A stretch of DNA of 64,000 bases, taken from NCBI RefSeq assembly GCF_009914755.1, contig NC_060928.1. One strand, 5' to 3'. The notes under the pieces are model-generated. The model searched no databases. It was not told the origin of the DNA and worked only from the letters and a program-made list of their open reading frames with translations. The translations under genes and the position numbers were made by a program. Below, one piece after another: positions 42,948-57,224 of this stretch (position 1 is its first letter; each line of letters begins with the position of its first letter). This DNA is from the human T2T-CHM13v2.0 reference genome, Homo sapiens.

Positions 42948-45493
42948 AAAGCATCCCCCAGAAATATGCAGGTTCAGGTCCAGACCACTGCAATAAAGTG
43001 AGTATTGCAATAAAGCAAGTCACATTAATTTTTTAGTTTCCAAATGCATAAAAAGTTATGTTTTTCCTACAATGTAACCTATTAAGTGTGCAACATTGTG
43101 TCTACAGAGACAATGTATATACCTTAATTTAAAATACTTCATTGCTAGAAAATGCTAACGATCATCTGAGCCTTCCGCAAGTTGTAATTATTTTTCTGGC
43201 GGAGGGTCTTGCCTTGATGTTGATGGTTGCTGACTGATCAGGGTGGTGGTTGCTGATGGTTGGGAAGGCTGTGGCAATGTCTTAAAGTAAGATCACAATG
43301 AAATGTGTCACATTGATTGACTCTCTTTCACAAAGATTTCTCTGTAGCATACAATGCTTTGTTTGATAGCATTTTATCTGCAATAGAATTCTTTCACAAT
43401 TGGAGACGATTCTCACAAAACCTGCCGCTGCTCTACCAACTATGTTTATGGAATATTCTAAATCCTCTGTTGTCATTTCAACAATGTTCATGGCATCTTC
43501 ACTAGGAGTAGATTCCATCTCAAAAAAAAAAACAAAACTCTTTGTTCATTCAGAAGAAGCAATTTCTCAGCCACTTAACGTTTTATCATGAGATTGCAGC
43601 AATTCCATGGCATCTTCAGGCTTCACTTCTTATCCTAGTTCTCTTGTTCTTTCTACCACATCTGCAGTGACCCCTCCACTCAAGTCTTGAACCCCTCAAA
43701 GTCATTCATGGGTCTTGGAATCAACGTCTTCCAAAATACTGTTGATGTTGATATTTTGATCTCCTCCTATGAATCGGAAATGTTCTTAATGGCATCTAGA
43801 ATGGTGAATTCTTCCCAGAAGATTCCTTCCCAGATTTATCAGAGGACTCACCATCTATGGCAGCTATGGCCTTACAAAATGTATGTCTTAAACAATAAGA
43901 CTTGAAATTCAAAATGACTCCTTAATCCATGGGCTGCAGAATGGATATTGTATCAGCAGGCATGAAAACGTTAGTCTCCTTGTACATCTCCACCAGGCCT
44001 CTTGGGTGACCAGGTGCATTGTCAATGAGCAGTAATATTTTTAGTGGAATCTTGTATTTTGAGCAGTAGACCTTAACAGTGGACTTAAATTATTCAGTAA
44101 ACCATGCTATAAACAAATGTGCTAACATCCAGGCTTGGTTGTTCCACTTACAGAGCACAGGCAGAGTAGATTTAGCATAATTCTTAAGAGCTGTCAGATT
44201 TTCAGAATGGTAAACAAGAATTGACTTTAAGTCACCAACTACATTAGCTTCTAACAGGAGAGTCAGCATATCTTTTGAAGCTTTGAAGCCAGGCAGTGAT
44301 TTCTCCTCTCTAGCTATTAATAGTCCTAGATGGCATTTTTTTTTTTTTTTTAAGTAGGGACAGGGTTTCACCATGTTAGCCAGGCTGGTCTCAAACTCCT
44401 GACCTCAAATGATCTGCCTCAGCTTCCCATAGTGCTGAGATTACAGGCGTGAGCCACCATGCCCAGTCAGATGGCATCTTCTTCCAACAGAGGACTGTTT
44501 CATCTACATGGAAAATCTATGGTTGAGTGTAGCCACCTTCATCAACGATTTGAACTAGGTCTTCTAGATAACTTGCTGCAGCTCCTACATCAGTCCTTGC
44601 TGCTTCATCTTGCACTGTTATGTTATAGAAATGGCTTTTTCCCTTAAACCTCATGAAACACCCTCTGCTAGCTTCCAATTTTTCTTCTGCAGCTTCCTCA
44701 CCTCTCTCAGCCTTTGTAGAATTAAGGAGAATTAAGGCCTTGCTCTGGATTAGGCTTAGGCTTAAGAGAATGCTGTGACTGGTTTGATCTTCTACCCAGA
44801 CCACTGAAACTTTCTCTATATCAACAATAATACTGCTTTGCTTTCCTATCATTGTATGTTCACTGAGTAGCACTTTTAGTTTCCTTCAAGAACTTTTTCT
44901 TTGCATTTACAACTTGGCTAAATGTTTGGCACAAGAGGCCTGGTTTTCAGCCTATCTCAGCTTTCAACTTGCCTTCCTCACAAGGCTTAATCATTTCTAG
45001 CTTTTCACTTAAAATGAGAGATATGTGACTCTTCTTCCATTTGAACACTTACATGCCATTGTAGGGTTATGAATTGGCCTAATTTCAATATTGTTCTGTA
45101 TCAGGGAATAGAGAGGCCTGAAGACAGGGAGAGAGACAGGGAATGGCTTGTTGGTGAAGCAGTCAGAACACACACAATGTTTATCAATTAAGTTCACTGT
45201 CTTCTGTGAGCATGGTTTCAGGCACTCCAAAACAATTACAACAGTAATATCAAAGATAACTGATCACAGATCACCATAACAGGCATAGTAGTATTGAAAA
45301 CATTTGAAATATTGTGAGAATTATCAAAATGTAATGCAGAGACACAAAGTAAACATGTGCTGTTGAAAAAATGATACCAATAGACTGGTTTGAGGCAATG
45401 GTTGCCATAAAACTTCAATTTGTTAAAAAAAAAAAAAAAAGCAATACCTGTAAAGTGCAATAAAGCAAAGTGCAACCAAACAAGGCGTGCCTG
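42948..45493 (-). mobile_element. Near full-length Tigger1 (pogo-like DNA transposon) with degraded transposase
   Basis: Both ends recognisable (ccagaccactgcaataaag; gcaataaagcaaagtgc...gcctgta). ORF fragments [58 protein letters not shown] resemble Tigger1/TIGD1 transposase; many stops and frameshifts. Confidence 0.92.
44336..44466 (-). mobile_element. Alu left arm inserted in Tigger1
   Basis: T run plus one arm; TSD agatggcat. Confidence 0.85.
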
Positions 45494-45688
45494 TATTTTG
45501 AAATTCAATTAAACTTTTTTTTTTTTTAAAGAAAGGAATATGCATATATTCACTTCTGGAAAATTTCATTGAAATGTATTATTTATCACTTACTATTATA
45601 TGTAGTCCTTGTTGCTTAATTTTAAAACATCTCTGCTCCTTCTCCAATCCCACCCCCACCTGTAGGCAGGTTTTAGGATAATACTCAC

Positions 45689-45727
45689 ATGTCTGTAAAG
45701 CACTCTGAGATCCTTGGCTAGAAGGTT
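45689..45727 (-). CDS. TMEM154: TMEM154 coding exon 3 (39 nt)
   Basis: tttgatacag|AA CCT TCT AGC CAA GGA TCT CAG AGT GCT TTA CAG ACA T|gtgagt = EPSSQGSQSALQT; in phase with exons 2 and 4. Confidence 0.95.
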
Positions 45728-45817
45728 CTGTATCAAAGCAAAGAATATTTTGTTTTATTGATTGTTCACTAACACATGAAGCAATTTTCTGGAAATGGAA
45801 ATACACCAAATATTTAC

Positions 45818-46078
45818 CTTGTTTAGTTCTTTTTCTTTTATAGTATGTTGCAAGGAATACCACGGATAAAAGTAAGAGGACCAATAAAATCAATGGGATT
45901 AACACCATCAGTATAAACTCTAACTGATTTTCATCCGGAGCAAAGTTGGTAGAATTTATATTTGCATTTAATGTTTCTTTGATGGTCACTGCAGCAAATG
46001 TGCTTGGAATAGTCACTTTATTTGGTCTTTCAGATTCCACAGTTGTATCTCCTGAGTTTTCTAATTCCTCATAATTAC
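45818..46078 (-). CDS. TMEM154: TMEM154 coding exon 2 (261 nt): ectodomain, transmembrane helix and basic stop-transfer segment
   Basis: Acceptor cccacag|GT AAT TAT GAG, donor CAA G|gtaaat. Translates (G)NYEELENSGDTTVESERPNKVTIPSTFAAVTIKETLNANINSTNFAPDENQLEFILMVLIPLILLVLLLLSVVFLATYYKRKRTKQ, matching recalled human TMEM154. N-glycosylation sequon NST. Numbering assumes exon 1 is outside the window. Confidence 0.97.
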
Positions 46079-46541
46079 CTGTGGGAATAGATACAAAATT
46101 GAAATTTCCATGGAGACAAAGTTAGTATGTTATATTGTCAATGATTTTTAAATTATTCCTAGATACATTCTGTGATAAATTTGACCCACTATACTTGGCC
46201 TCCAAGCTAAGTGTGACACAGAACATTGATTTAACATAAATGAAGCTCAAGCTGGGAGTGTATTGAATATGGAATCAGAGCTCAGAGAAAAACCTTGCAC
46301 AAAGGTAGGCAGTTTTGCATTGACCAGACATTTTAGATACGCTTAAGCAAAGTGGATTCGGAAGCTTCCTCATGTTAAGGGTGATTTTCCAAGCCAAGTA
46401 ATGTGATATTACAGGACATCTCCTATAGGGTATGATAATATTTTAACAAAATGTCTGAATAAATTTAAATTCACATTTACTAAAATTAAGTACATGCCAT
46501 ACAGCACTTTTAGATGTAAAGAAATGCACTCTGTGTCCTAA

Positions 46542-46853
<312 letters not shown>

Positions 46854-46867
46854 TAAATAAAAGGTTA

Positions 46868-47230
<363 letters not shown>

Positions 47231-47638
47231 CCATCAGGATGAGAAAGGACTACTGACTTGATGACTATCTGAAAAACTTTTCCTTACCTGTCTAAGCAGT
47301 AGTCATGGTAAGATAAGCTGAAGGTCTTTGTCCTAATATCGTATAATGTTGTCTACCTTTCAGAAGGGGCCAACTGAGGAAAATACCTCGTAAGTTGATG
47401 CTACAGAAAACTTATCAAATGAGATAATTTACAAGAAAGTTATTCTAAGGTGAAAGGAACTATGCAAATACAGAAGTCAGCTGCTTTAAACCACACTCTG
47501 CGGTATAGGTTAGGCAATTACTTTACAGAATGATCAAACTGGACATTGCAGAGCCAATTCAATAGTTCATCTATCTTCATAATCCCATGACAATGGAGTC
47601 CTCTGATTTTGGTTGAAACAATAAAAATGTTTGGTCAC

Positions 47639-48011
47639 TGCTATGAATTGAATGTTTGCATTCCCCTCAAATTCATATATTGAAGCCCTAATCCTCAATG
47701 TGATGGATTAGGGCTAAGAGGTGAGGCCTTTGAGAGGTCATTAGGTTTAGATGAGGTCATGAGAGTGGGGACCCTATGACAGGATTATTGCTCCTATGAG
47801 AAGATAAGAAAACCAGAGTTCTCTTTCCTTGCCATATGTGGATACGGAAAGGTGGTGACTGCAGGCCAGGGAGAGAGTTCTCACCAAATACTAAATCTTC
47901 TAGCACCTTTGATCTTGAACTTCCCAGCCTCCAGAACTGTGAGAAATAAATGTCTGTTGTTTTAAGTCTTGCAGTCTGTGGTATTTTGTTATGGTATCTG
48001 AGCTAAGACAG
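47639..48011 (+). mobile_element. MLT1A-type MaLR solo LTR
   Basis: tgctatgaattgaatgttt ... cagcctccagaactgtgagaaataaat ... gctaagaca. Confidence 0.8.
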
Positions 48012-49700
48012 TAAGAATCTAATTGTGTTGATTGTATGAATAAATACTTTCAGTCTCCCACATCAGGGAATTCATTTGATAATCCCTTTAGTAAATGCAA
48101 CCCCAAACCATCAGAATCAATTACAAACTACAGAGTAAACTCACTGGTGTTTCTCATGTGTATATGCCAAAGGCAGGATTGAAAAAAAAAACTACCAATG
48201 TTTGAAGAGTGGAGGGGCTTCAAAATGGCTGACTAGATGCATCTGGCAGTCACCTCTTCACAAAAAATAACAAAAATACTGAGTAGATAAGCTACATTTT
48301 GAATTGATCATTTAAGGGAGAACACAGGAATTCAACAGAGTAGTAATAGACAACACTTAAAGCACGGAAGGAGAGGGAAATAAGGCATCCTTCTTGGCTG
48401 AGACTGGCTGGGAGCCAGGAGAAGCTCCCCAATGTGGGGAAAGGGTAGTGGTCCATATTTCCACTGCAGACTCCTGCAGCCTAGCCACGGGAGAGCCCCT
48501 CAACTCTCACAGGCCCTGAGACTAACACTGAGAGCGCCTGTACACTGTGCAATGGCATTGCTCCAGAGAGGGACCTTATGCGGAGTCCCACACACCCCTG
48601 AGCCCTAGTGGCTGCAGCACAGTGCCACTTTGAGGGCCCAGCCCCCACCAGACTGTATCCTGCCCTAGGGCCCAACAGCCCCTGAATCTCCATGTCTCTG
48701 GAGCTCCTGCCTGCAGCCACCAGCGCTGCTGGCTGCTGCTGCCAGGGCCAAGGTAGGAGCCGCTGGCAGCACCCCTCCCCCCACCCCTGGCCAGCAGCGG
48801 GGCGCTCACACATGTTTATGTGCCTCAAGGACAAACTCCACTGTCCTCAGCTATTGCTGCTATAAACTGCTGCTGCTAGGGCCAAAGCATGAGCAAAGCA
48901 TAGCCCCAGCTGGCTGCCTATGGTTGCTCCCACTGAAAGCAATCCCATCCTCTGCAGTAGCAGGCAGCAGTGTAGTCACTGCTGCCTTCACCTGAGCTTT
49001 CTATCAGCAGCCTGGGGATTGCTTCACCCCTACCTATTACAGCCAGCTACTGCATGCCCCACCAGAGAGTCAAAGAACAGGTCTGCACAGGCCAGCTCTC
49101 TCCCAGTGCAGTACTTGAGTGTGCCATTTGGGGCCTGGTGATTGCCCAGCCCAGTCTAGTCCATCACCACTGGCACCACAGCATTCCTCCCAGATGCCTG
49201 AGGTTGGGACTACCCACTCTGCTGCCACCATCATAGTTGGCATCCACCCTCATGTACCAGCTACAGGCCTGGGGACTGGCCTGCCCAGTCCATTGCAACC
49301 ACTGCCAACACTAGCATGGGTACTTGGGACCCAGCGTGTTGTCCTACCACTGATACTGCCAACACCCACGTCAATCTGCCTACCTGCCTGGCTAACCACT
49401 ACCATTTCTAGCACCCAAGCAAGACACCTGGAAGCCCAAAAACCAGCCTGCCTGGACACACTAACACCAGTGCCAGTGTATACTGCCTTGGGATCCAAGG
49501 ACAGATATGCTCAACCCACCCCTGTCACCACTGGGGCCTGAAGACTGGCCCACCTGGTATCCTAGTCCCCAGCAATACTTCACCACAGCCTCCACTAACA
49601 ACCACATCCTAAGCTGCTGGGGAAGCCACAGATACTACTGGCACTGGTTCCAGCAGAATAAATCATATGGAGACTACACTAATGTACATACCCAGAATCA

Positions 49701-50110
<410 letters not shown>

Positions 50111-50382
50111 TCACCAAAGAGATAGAGATAATAAAAAAGAACCAAACAAATTCTGGACCTGAAGAATTCATAAAATAAAATCAAATACACTTGAAAGCTT
50201 CAACAATAGACTAAATCAAGCAGAAGGAAGAATCTCAGAATTTGAAGACAGGTCTTTTGAAATAACCTAGTCAGATAAAAATAAAGAAAAAAGAATGAGA
50301 AAAGCCTGTGTGACATACGAGATACCATAAAGCAAGAAGGCAAAGAGAAAATGAGTGTTAGAAAACCTTTTTAATGAAACAA

Positions 50383-50682
<300 letters not shown>

Positions 50683-51680
50683 AGACCTGTTTAATGAAAC
50701 AATAGATGAAAACTTCCCAAGTTTCGCAAGAGATTTAGACATCCAGATACAGGAAGCTCAGAATTCTCCAAATAGATATAATTCAACAAAGGACTTCTCC
50801 ACAGCACATTATAGTCAAACTGTCAAACATCAAAGACAAAGAAATAATCTAAAATCAGCAAGAGAAACGCATGTAGTCACCTATAAAGGAACCCCTATCA
50901 GACTAACAGTTAATTTCTCAGCAGAAATCTTACAGGCCAGGAGACAACAGGGTAATAAAGTCAAAGGGCTGAAAGAAAACAAAACAATGACAACAAAAAC
51001 CCTGTCAACCAAGGATTCTATACCCAGCAAAGTTATCCTTCAAAAACAAAGGAAAAACAAAGTCTTTCCCAGACATGCAAAAGCTGAGGGAATTCGTTAC
51101 CACTAGACTGGCCCTAAAAGAAATGCTTAAGGGAGTCCACTGAGAAGCAAAAGAACAATATTTATCATCATGAAAACAATGTTAGAACACAAAACAAGCT
51201 CAACACATTTTTAAAAATTGAAATCATATCAAATATCTTCTCAGACCACAACAGAATAAAACTACAAGTCAATAATAAGAAGAACTTTGGAGACTGTACA
51301 AATACATGGAAATTAAATAACATGCTCCTGAATGACCATTGAGTCAAGAAAGAAATTAAGGAGGAAATTTTTTAAAAAAGGCTTGAAACAAATAAAAATG
51401 GAAACACACCATGCTAAAACCTATGGGATACAGCAAAAGCAGTGCTAAGAGGGAAGTTTATAGTAACAAATACCTACATCAAAGAAGTAGAAAGATTTTA
51501 AACAGACAATCTAGTGATGCATCTCAAGGAACTAGAAAAGCAAGAGCAAATCAAACCCAAAATTAGTAGAAGGAAAGAAATAATAAAGATCAGAGCAGAA
51601 CTAAATGAAATAGAGACTAAAAACAAACAAAAAACAAACAACACTACAATGAAATATCATTTCATTGAATGGTTATTTTT

Positions 51681-51980
51681 GGGCACAGTGGCTAATGCCT
51701 ATAATCTCAGCATTTTTGGAGGTCAAGATAGGAGGATCACCTGAGGTCAGGAGTTTGAGACCAGCCTGGCCAGCTAAAAATACAAAATTTTTAGCTTTAC
51801 TAAAAATACAAAAACTAGCTGGGCATGGTGGCACACTTCTGTAGTTCCAGCTACTTGGGAGGCTGAGGCAGGAGGATCACTTCAACCCAGGAGTTGGAGG
51901 TTGCAGTGAACTGAGATCACACCATTGCACTCCAGCCTGGGTGACAGAGCAAGATTCCATCTCAAAAGAAAAAAAAAAAA
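51681..51980 (+). mobile_element. AluS inside L1 ORF2 relic
   Basis: Forward dimer, TSD ggttatt. Confidence 0.85.
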
Positions 51981-52869
51981 GGTTATTGTTGAAAAGGAAA
52001 AAGCATTCTTGCCTCATCTCTGGCAAGAATGCAGAGATAAGGGAACTCTTACACACTGTTGGTGGGAATGTAAATTAGTACAGCCACTATGGAAAACAGT
52101 AGGGCAATTTCTCAAAAAACTAACAAGAGAACTACCATACAATCCTCAATCTCACTACTGGGTATTTATCCAAAGGAAAATAAATCAGTATATCAAAGGA
52201 ATAATTGCACTCGCGTGTTCATTGCAGCACTATTCACAATAGCCAAGATATGAAATCAACCGACGTATCTATCAATGGTTGAATGGATAAATAAAATGTG
52301 GTATATATACACAATGGAATACTATTCAGTCATAAAAAAGAATGAAATCATGTCTTATGCTGCAACATAGATAAAGCTGGAGGTCATTATTTTAAGTAAA
52401 ATAAGACAGGCACAGAAAGACAAATATCTTATGTTCTTGCTCATATGTGGGAGCTAAAAAAGTTGATCTTACAAAGGTAGAGAGTATAATTATAAATATC
52501 AGAGGCTGGGAAGGGTGTGTGGGTAAGAGTAGGGGAAGAAGAGAGGTTGGTTAATGGGTAGAAACATACAGTTAGACAGTATAAATTATAATGTCCAATA
52601 GTAGAGTAGGACGACTGTAGTTAACAATAATATATTTTATATTTCAAAGTAGCTAGAAGACAGGACTTGAAATGTCCTCAGCACATAGAAATGATAAATA
52701 CTTAAAGTGATGGATACCCCAAATACACTGACTTAATCATTATAGATTCTATCCATGCAACAAAAAATATCACATGTGCCCTATAAGTATGTAAAATATT
52801 ATGTGTCAATAAAAATCCACCACTTACTGATCTCTGCCTTCTGAGTTAAGTGGCTTTGTCCTACATTTA

Positions 52870-53208
52870 CAGTAGTCCCCCATTATCCAAGCGGAACATG
52901 TTTCAAGGCCCTAGAAGATGCCTGAAATTATCGGTAGTACTGAACCCCACATACACTGTGTTTTTTCTAAACATACCTATGATAAAGTTTAATTTATAAT
53001 TAGGCACAGTAAGCAATGAATAACTAGTAATAAAATAGAACAATTACAACAATATACTATAATAAAAGTATGTGCATGTGATCTCTCTCTGGCTCTCAAA
53101 ATATCTTATTGTACTGTACTATTTGTGGCCACGGTTGACCATGGGTAACTGAAACCACGGGTAACTGAAACCACGAAAAACGAAACTGTGGATAAGGGGG
53201 GACTACTG
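52870..53208. mobile_element. MER44A-type (Tigger7-derived) MITE
   Basis: TIRs cagtagtccccc..tatcc / ggataaggggggactactg with TA duplications; internal 16-bp duplication cca(t/c)gggtaactgaaa. Confidence 0.85.
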
Positions 53209-54428
53209 TATAAGTCTTTAAAATTGGGTAAGTCAATAATGTATTCACATATATGTTAAAGCCTTTGATATATCATGTATCACCCTGGACTAGTAAAGGA
53301 CATTTGTCTTCCAGAAAACCTCCTCATTAAAATGATTCTGCTTGGAGAACTACTGCAGCCAGATCAAATAGCGTTTTCACTGGTAACCTTGGCCAGTGAA
53401 GACTGGTACATATGGGTATGATGAGGTTGGGTGTGGGGTGGGGAATGGGGTTGGTGGTTGGTGCGGCTGATGGTAATAATCCTTTTACCTAGAGGTCAGT
53501 GAATCTTCCTTGAGTATCCAGACCCCGCCCCCCCCTCACTTTACTTCTTTTGGTTACTTCTATGAATACTGTAGCCGCTGTTACTATTTCAGCATCTTTT
53601 TTTGAGAATTTACTAAGAACCAATCTCTATGCTCTGCCTTGTACCCGGATTATCGATTATCTCATTTTGTCCTCACCATTTTTTCAGATAGACATTAGGG
53701 CAAAGAGGTTACACAACTTGCCCAAGATCACAGAGCTCACATGGAGGAGTGACGATTTGAAACCAGGGGGCCGATGGCAGAACCAGAGCTTATAACCCCA
53801 CACAGTGTTTTCCCTCCCTCAGGGAGGAATGCAATGCTTGCAAATCATAAAGTTTGGCCATAAAGTGGTGAATGAGAGGGAACCTCCTGCTCCCATTCCT
53901 CCGCCTATACTAGGAGGTGGCTTTCTGGCACAAGGCAGGACAGAGGAAAGGGTTCCCAGAAACCTCGGCTTTACTGGGGCTCTTGCTAAGGCTCCTCAGC
54001 TCAGATGCGTTGCCAGAAAAGCTGCCCAGAAGGACAGGGTCTTTTCAGCACCTCTCTGAGGAAGGTGAATGAAGTCCCTAGAAGAACACTTTGCATCTTA
54101 GTCACCATTTGACCCGTGGCCCCGGGAAAAGAGAAAATAGGAAAGGAAACAAGCTAACAAGAATAATGGGGACATCTAGACAATCGGGAATAAAAGAGAA
54201 ACGGAAAGAAGCATACCAGATGGTCCTGGCCTGTGTACATTTACTTTTCAGCGTGAGACAACGCTGTTCACAGGTGGCCCTTGGTGGAACGGTGGAGTTA
54301 AAGAGGCTGAAAGTTCTCTCTGCAATGTCCCCCTCCCACATGCCCTCACATATGTTTTCTGCATTAAGCATCATTTGCTCTCTCAGATTCTCTAGTGGCT
54401 ATTTAAATAAATGAGAATCAAGGGATTG

Positions 54429-54429
<1 letters not shown>

Positions 54430-54487
<58 letters not shown>
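54430..54487. repeat. (TC)n microsatellite (about 25 units)
   Basis: Read directly; polypurine/polypyrimidine mirror repeat. Confidence 0.97.
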
Positions 54488-54489
<2 letters not shown>

Positions 54490-54914
54490 CCCAACTCTAT
54501 GATAGCTTCAAAATAATAAATTACAGTAACTGGGATGTATTGAATGCTTAGTATGTGCTAGCTGCTAGGATACACATGTGCTATCTAATTCGATCTTCAC
54601 AACTTTATTGCCCACATTTTACAGATGAAGAAACTGAATCTTGAATGTCTTGCCCTTGCCCTGGGGTGCAATCCTGTCATTTATATTGTTAATTTCTACT
54701 GAGTTTTGAAGGTGCATTTCCTCAAGCATAGGTGACAAATAACAGATGAGGGTCTGGTCATAGCTCTGCCACTTTGTACTTATAGAATTTGGACAAATTA
54801 CTTTTCTCTTGATGACTTAATGCTCTAATCTGTACAACTAAGGAGTGATCCCCAAGGTCCCATCTATTTCCACATCTCTGTTGATTCCAAAGTGTTCTAC
54901 CTTGTTTTTAAGTA

Positions 54915-55335
54915 GTTTTTGAATAGGTAATCTGCACATGGTACTCAGTTCAGAAAGGAAGTTTCGCTACCACCCTTTCCCCAAGTTACTCAGTTTCCTT
55001 GCCCAGAAGTAACCACCGTTTCTGCTCCTTTGAGAGAAACTCTATGCATATACAAGTATAAGTATTGTTTCCTGTTTTCTCTTTTTGACACAAATGGTAG
55101 CACAATTTATATACTTTCTGCCCCTTGCTTTTTTCACTTAAAATTTTATCTTGAAGATCATTCCATGACTGTATAGAGAGCTTTTTTCCCCATTGTTTGA
55201 ATGTATTATAATCTTTTCCTATTGACAGAGATTTAGGTTCTGTTGTGTTTCCAACAATACTGCAATAAACCTCTCTGCTCATCCTTCAGTTTGCACACAG
55301 GCAAGCAAGTTCTACAGTGTATCTAAAAATGGGGA
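54915..55335 (-). mobile_element. Ancient L1M fragment
   Basis: ttttgacacaaatggtagca, ttgcttttttcactta, atttaggtt..gtttccaa..tactgcaataaac. Confidence 0.6.
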
Positions 55336-57224
55336 GAGCATGAGAGGGTGTTAGGTGCAGGGTAAGAGGGGACAGCATCAAACTACTCTTGGTGGTCTGA
55401 TCAGAAAAATTCTCTAAGACAACCCTAGTACTCCAGTTTCCACATAATGAGAATTGACAGAAACTAAGGGAAGAACCAGGTGTGCAGGGAGTCTGGGATG
55501 TCAAAGGGAGGAAAGTTGAAAACACTGGGGATCAGCTCCAAGAGTTTGTGCAAGGAGGAATCAAATGTCATCAAAAGGTGAGCTGGCAAACAAAGATGAG
55601 CCATAGAATCAGATCAGCAGCCAGGAGTGGATTGCCAAGGTGACAAGGTAAGAGTTAGGAAGAAAATCAGAAGTGTACACCAACAAGGTGGAAACCAGAG
55701 GAGGTGCCAAAGGCCACAAAAGTATGGATGCGGAGGGCAGCTCAAGGGATTTCCCCCAAAACATGACAGGTGTCCCTCCCATGGCCTATGGGTTAACAGC
55801 CACTCTTAATGCAGTGGACATGGGGCCCCCTAAAACCACTGTGTTTAAAGAAACACTGACTAAGGCCCATAATCGTCCATGGAGATTTCCTGCGGGCGGC
55901 ATCCTGGGCTTCTTGGGTGAAAGTGACCTTTTACAACTTTGGGAGTCCAGCCACTGTGGAGGAAGGCAGAACTCTCTTTCAGGAAATAAGTCTGGAGGTG
56001 AACCCTCCAGAACACACAGGGGTACTTCCCTGTGCTGCGCTCCAGGACTCCAAGGACATAACCATAGCATCGTGGAAGGAAGACAGGATTTGAATTCAGA
56101 AGAGCTAGGCTTGAGACTGGCTGCTGCCCTCTGCACCCTTGGGGCCTGGGAAGAATTCCCTCCCTCTCTAATTCTCCATTTCCTAAAAGCCAAAAAAGTA
56201 GGCCTTCTGCTCTGTCTAGCCCATAGTGTTCATATGAAAGTAAATGAAATAAGAACTGTTAAAATGCTTTAGGAGCCATAAAGCACCATACACGGGCCAG
56301 GTATTTGTGTCTTTGTTATTTTCTTCATCCATCACCTGTTCTCTTTCCCCCATCTCTGTACTTGCCTGTTTCTCTGCTGTTCCCCAGAAGGTTAATCTGC
56401 CTGGTATAACTTCCTCATTTTACTGCTACTTTACTTCCTTATCTAAATTTGGGCATATTTCAGGGTAAAAGAGGTGGGGCTAGAGGTAAAACTAGCAAAG
56501 CTACAGAAGACAGAAATAGGACACAGGGTTAGAGGGCAAAGAGAGAGGCATTAACAAGCAAAAGAATAGAAAAGAAGAAATAAGGAACACAACAGGTTAG
56601 AAGCAGAAAGGTGTGTGAAGGTCAGTCTTGCGTGGCTTCATGCCCTGCATGGGACCAAACTCCCAGATCACTGGGTGTGAGGGCCGAGGCTGGTAGCCTC
56701 ATAAGCTGCAGATTTGGCAGAAGCCCCTGCTGTTAGGTGGCCAAGTCACAGTCATCTCAAGTGACCGCAACACAAACTCTCCCAGGAAGTCTCTCTCCGT
56801 TTCACCAGTTCTCTTTCTCTCTGGTCAGATAATGTAGCATTTTAAAGAGATAATGGAAGTGGTCAGTCATGTGAATGATGAAACTAAGCTGCAATACTTC
56901 ACTTTATTGTTTATCCAAAAATCTTAAGATCACTTGATAATAAACTGCACAGTGTACAGAGTCACTTACAAATACTTATTGACAATATTCACGCAGACAC
57001 ATCTGGGATTCATCTTTCACACATCTGGTGAGGATGTATGGGGAAATCCTTGTAAATGGGAAGAAATGTTTGAGGTAACGCCTGGCAGCCCCAACAGCTG
57101 GGCAGCACAGTGTCCCCATTATCCCTGCTCAGGGCATTATCACTAAATGGAAATGACTCTGCTTCTCCAGGAAGCAAACTAGCTAACTTCTCTTTTTCTG
57201 AAAGTGAAACAAATGTGCAACCAA

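Noticed and set aside
42948-45493. TMEM154-Tigger1 transposase fusion (CSB-PGBD3 or SETMAR style), since the element is co-oriented 200 nt after exon 3
   Set aside because: The transposase is broken by stops, frameshifts and an Alu; the exon 3 read-through frame stops at 45579, before the element.
45579-45688. Exon 3 read-through tail (CEYYPKTCLQ...SDK*) as an isoform
   Set aside because: Strong gtgagt donor and no clear AATAAA after the stop; nearby genomic A-runs on the minus strand would cause oligo-dT mispriming artefacts.
48480-49620. GC-rich region as a CpG-island promoter or coding exons
   Set aside because: CpG-depleted and explained as the 5' UTR of the old L1.
55673-56272. Longest ORF in the window (199 aa)
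   Set aside because: Non-ATG start, no recognisable domain, runs into a MIR-like relic, antisense within intron 1; consistent with chance.
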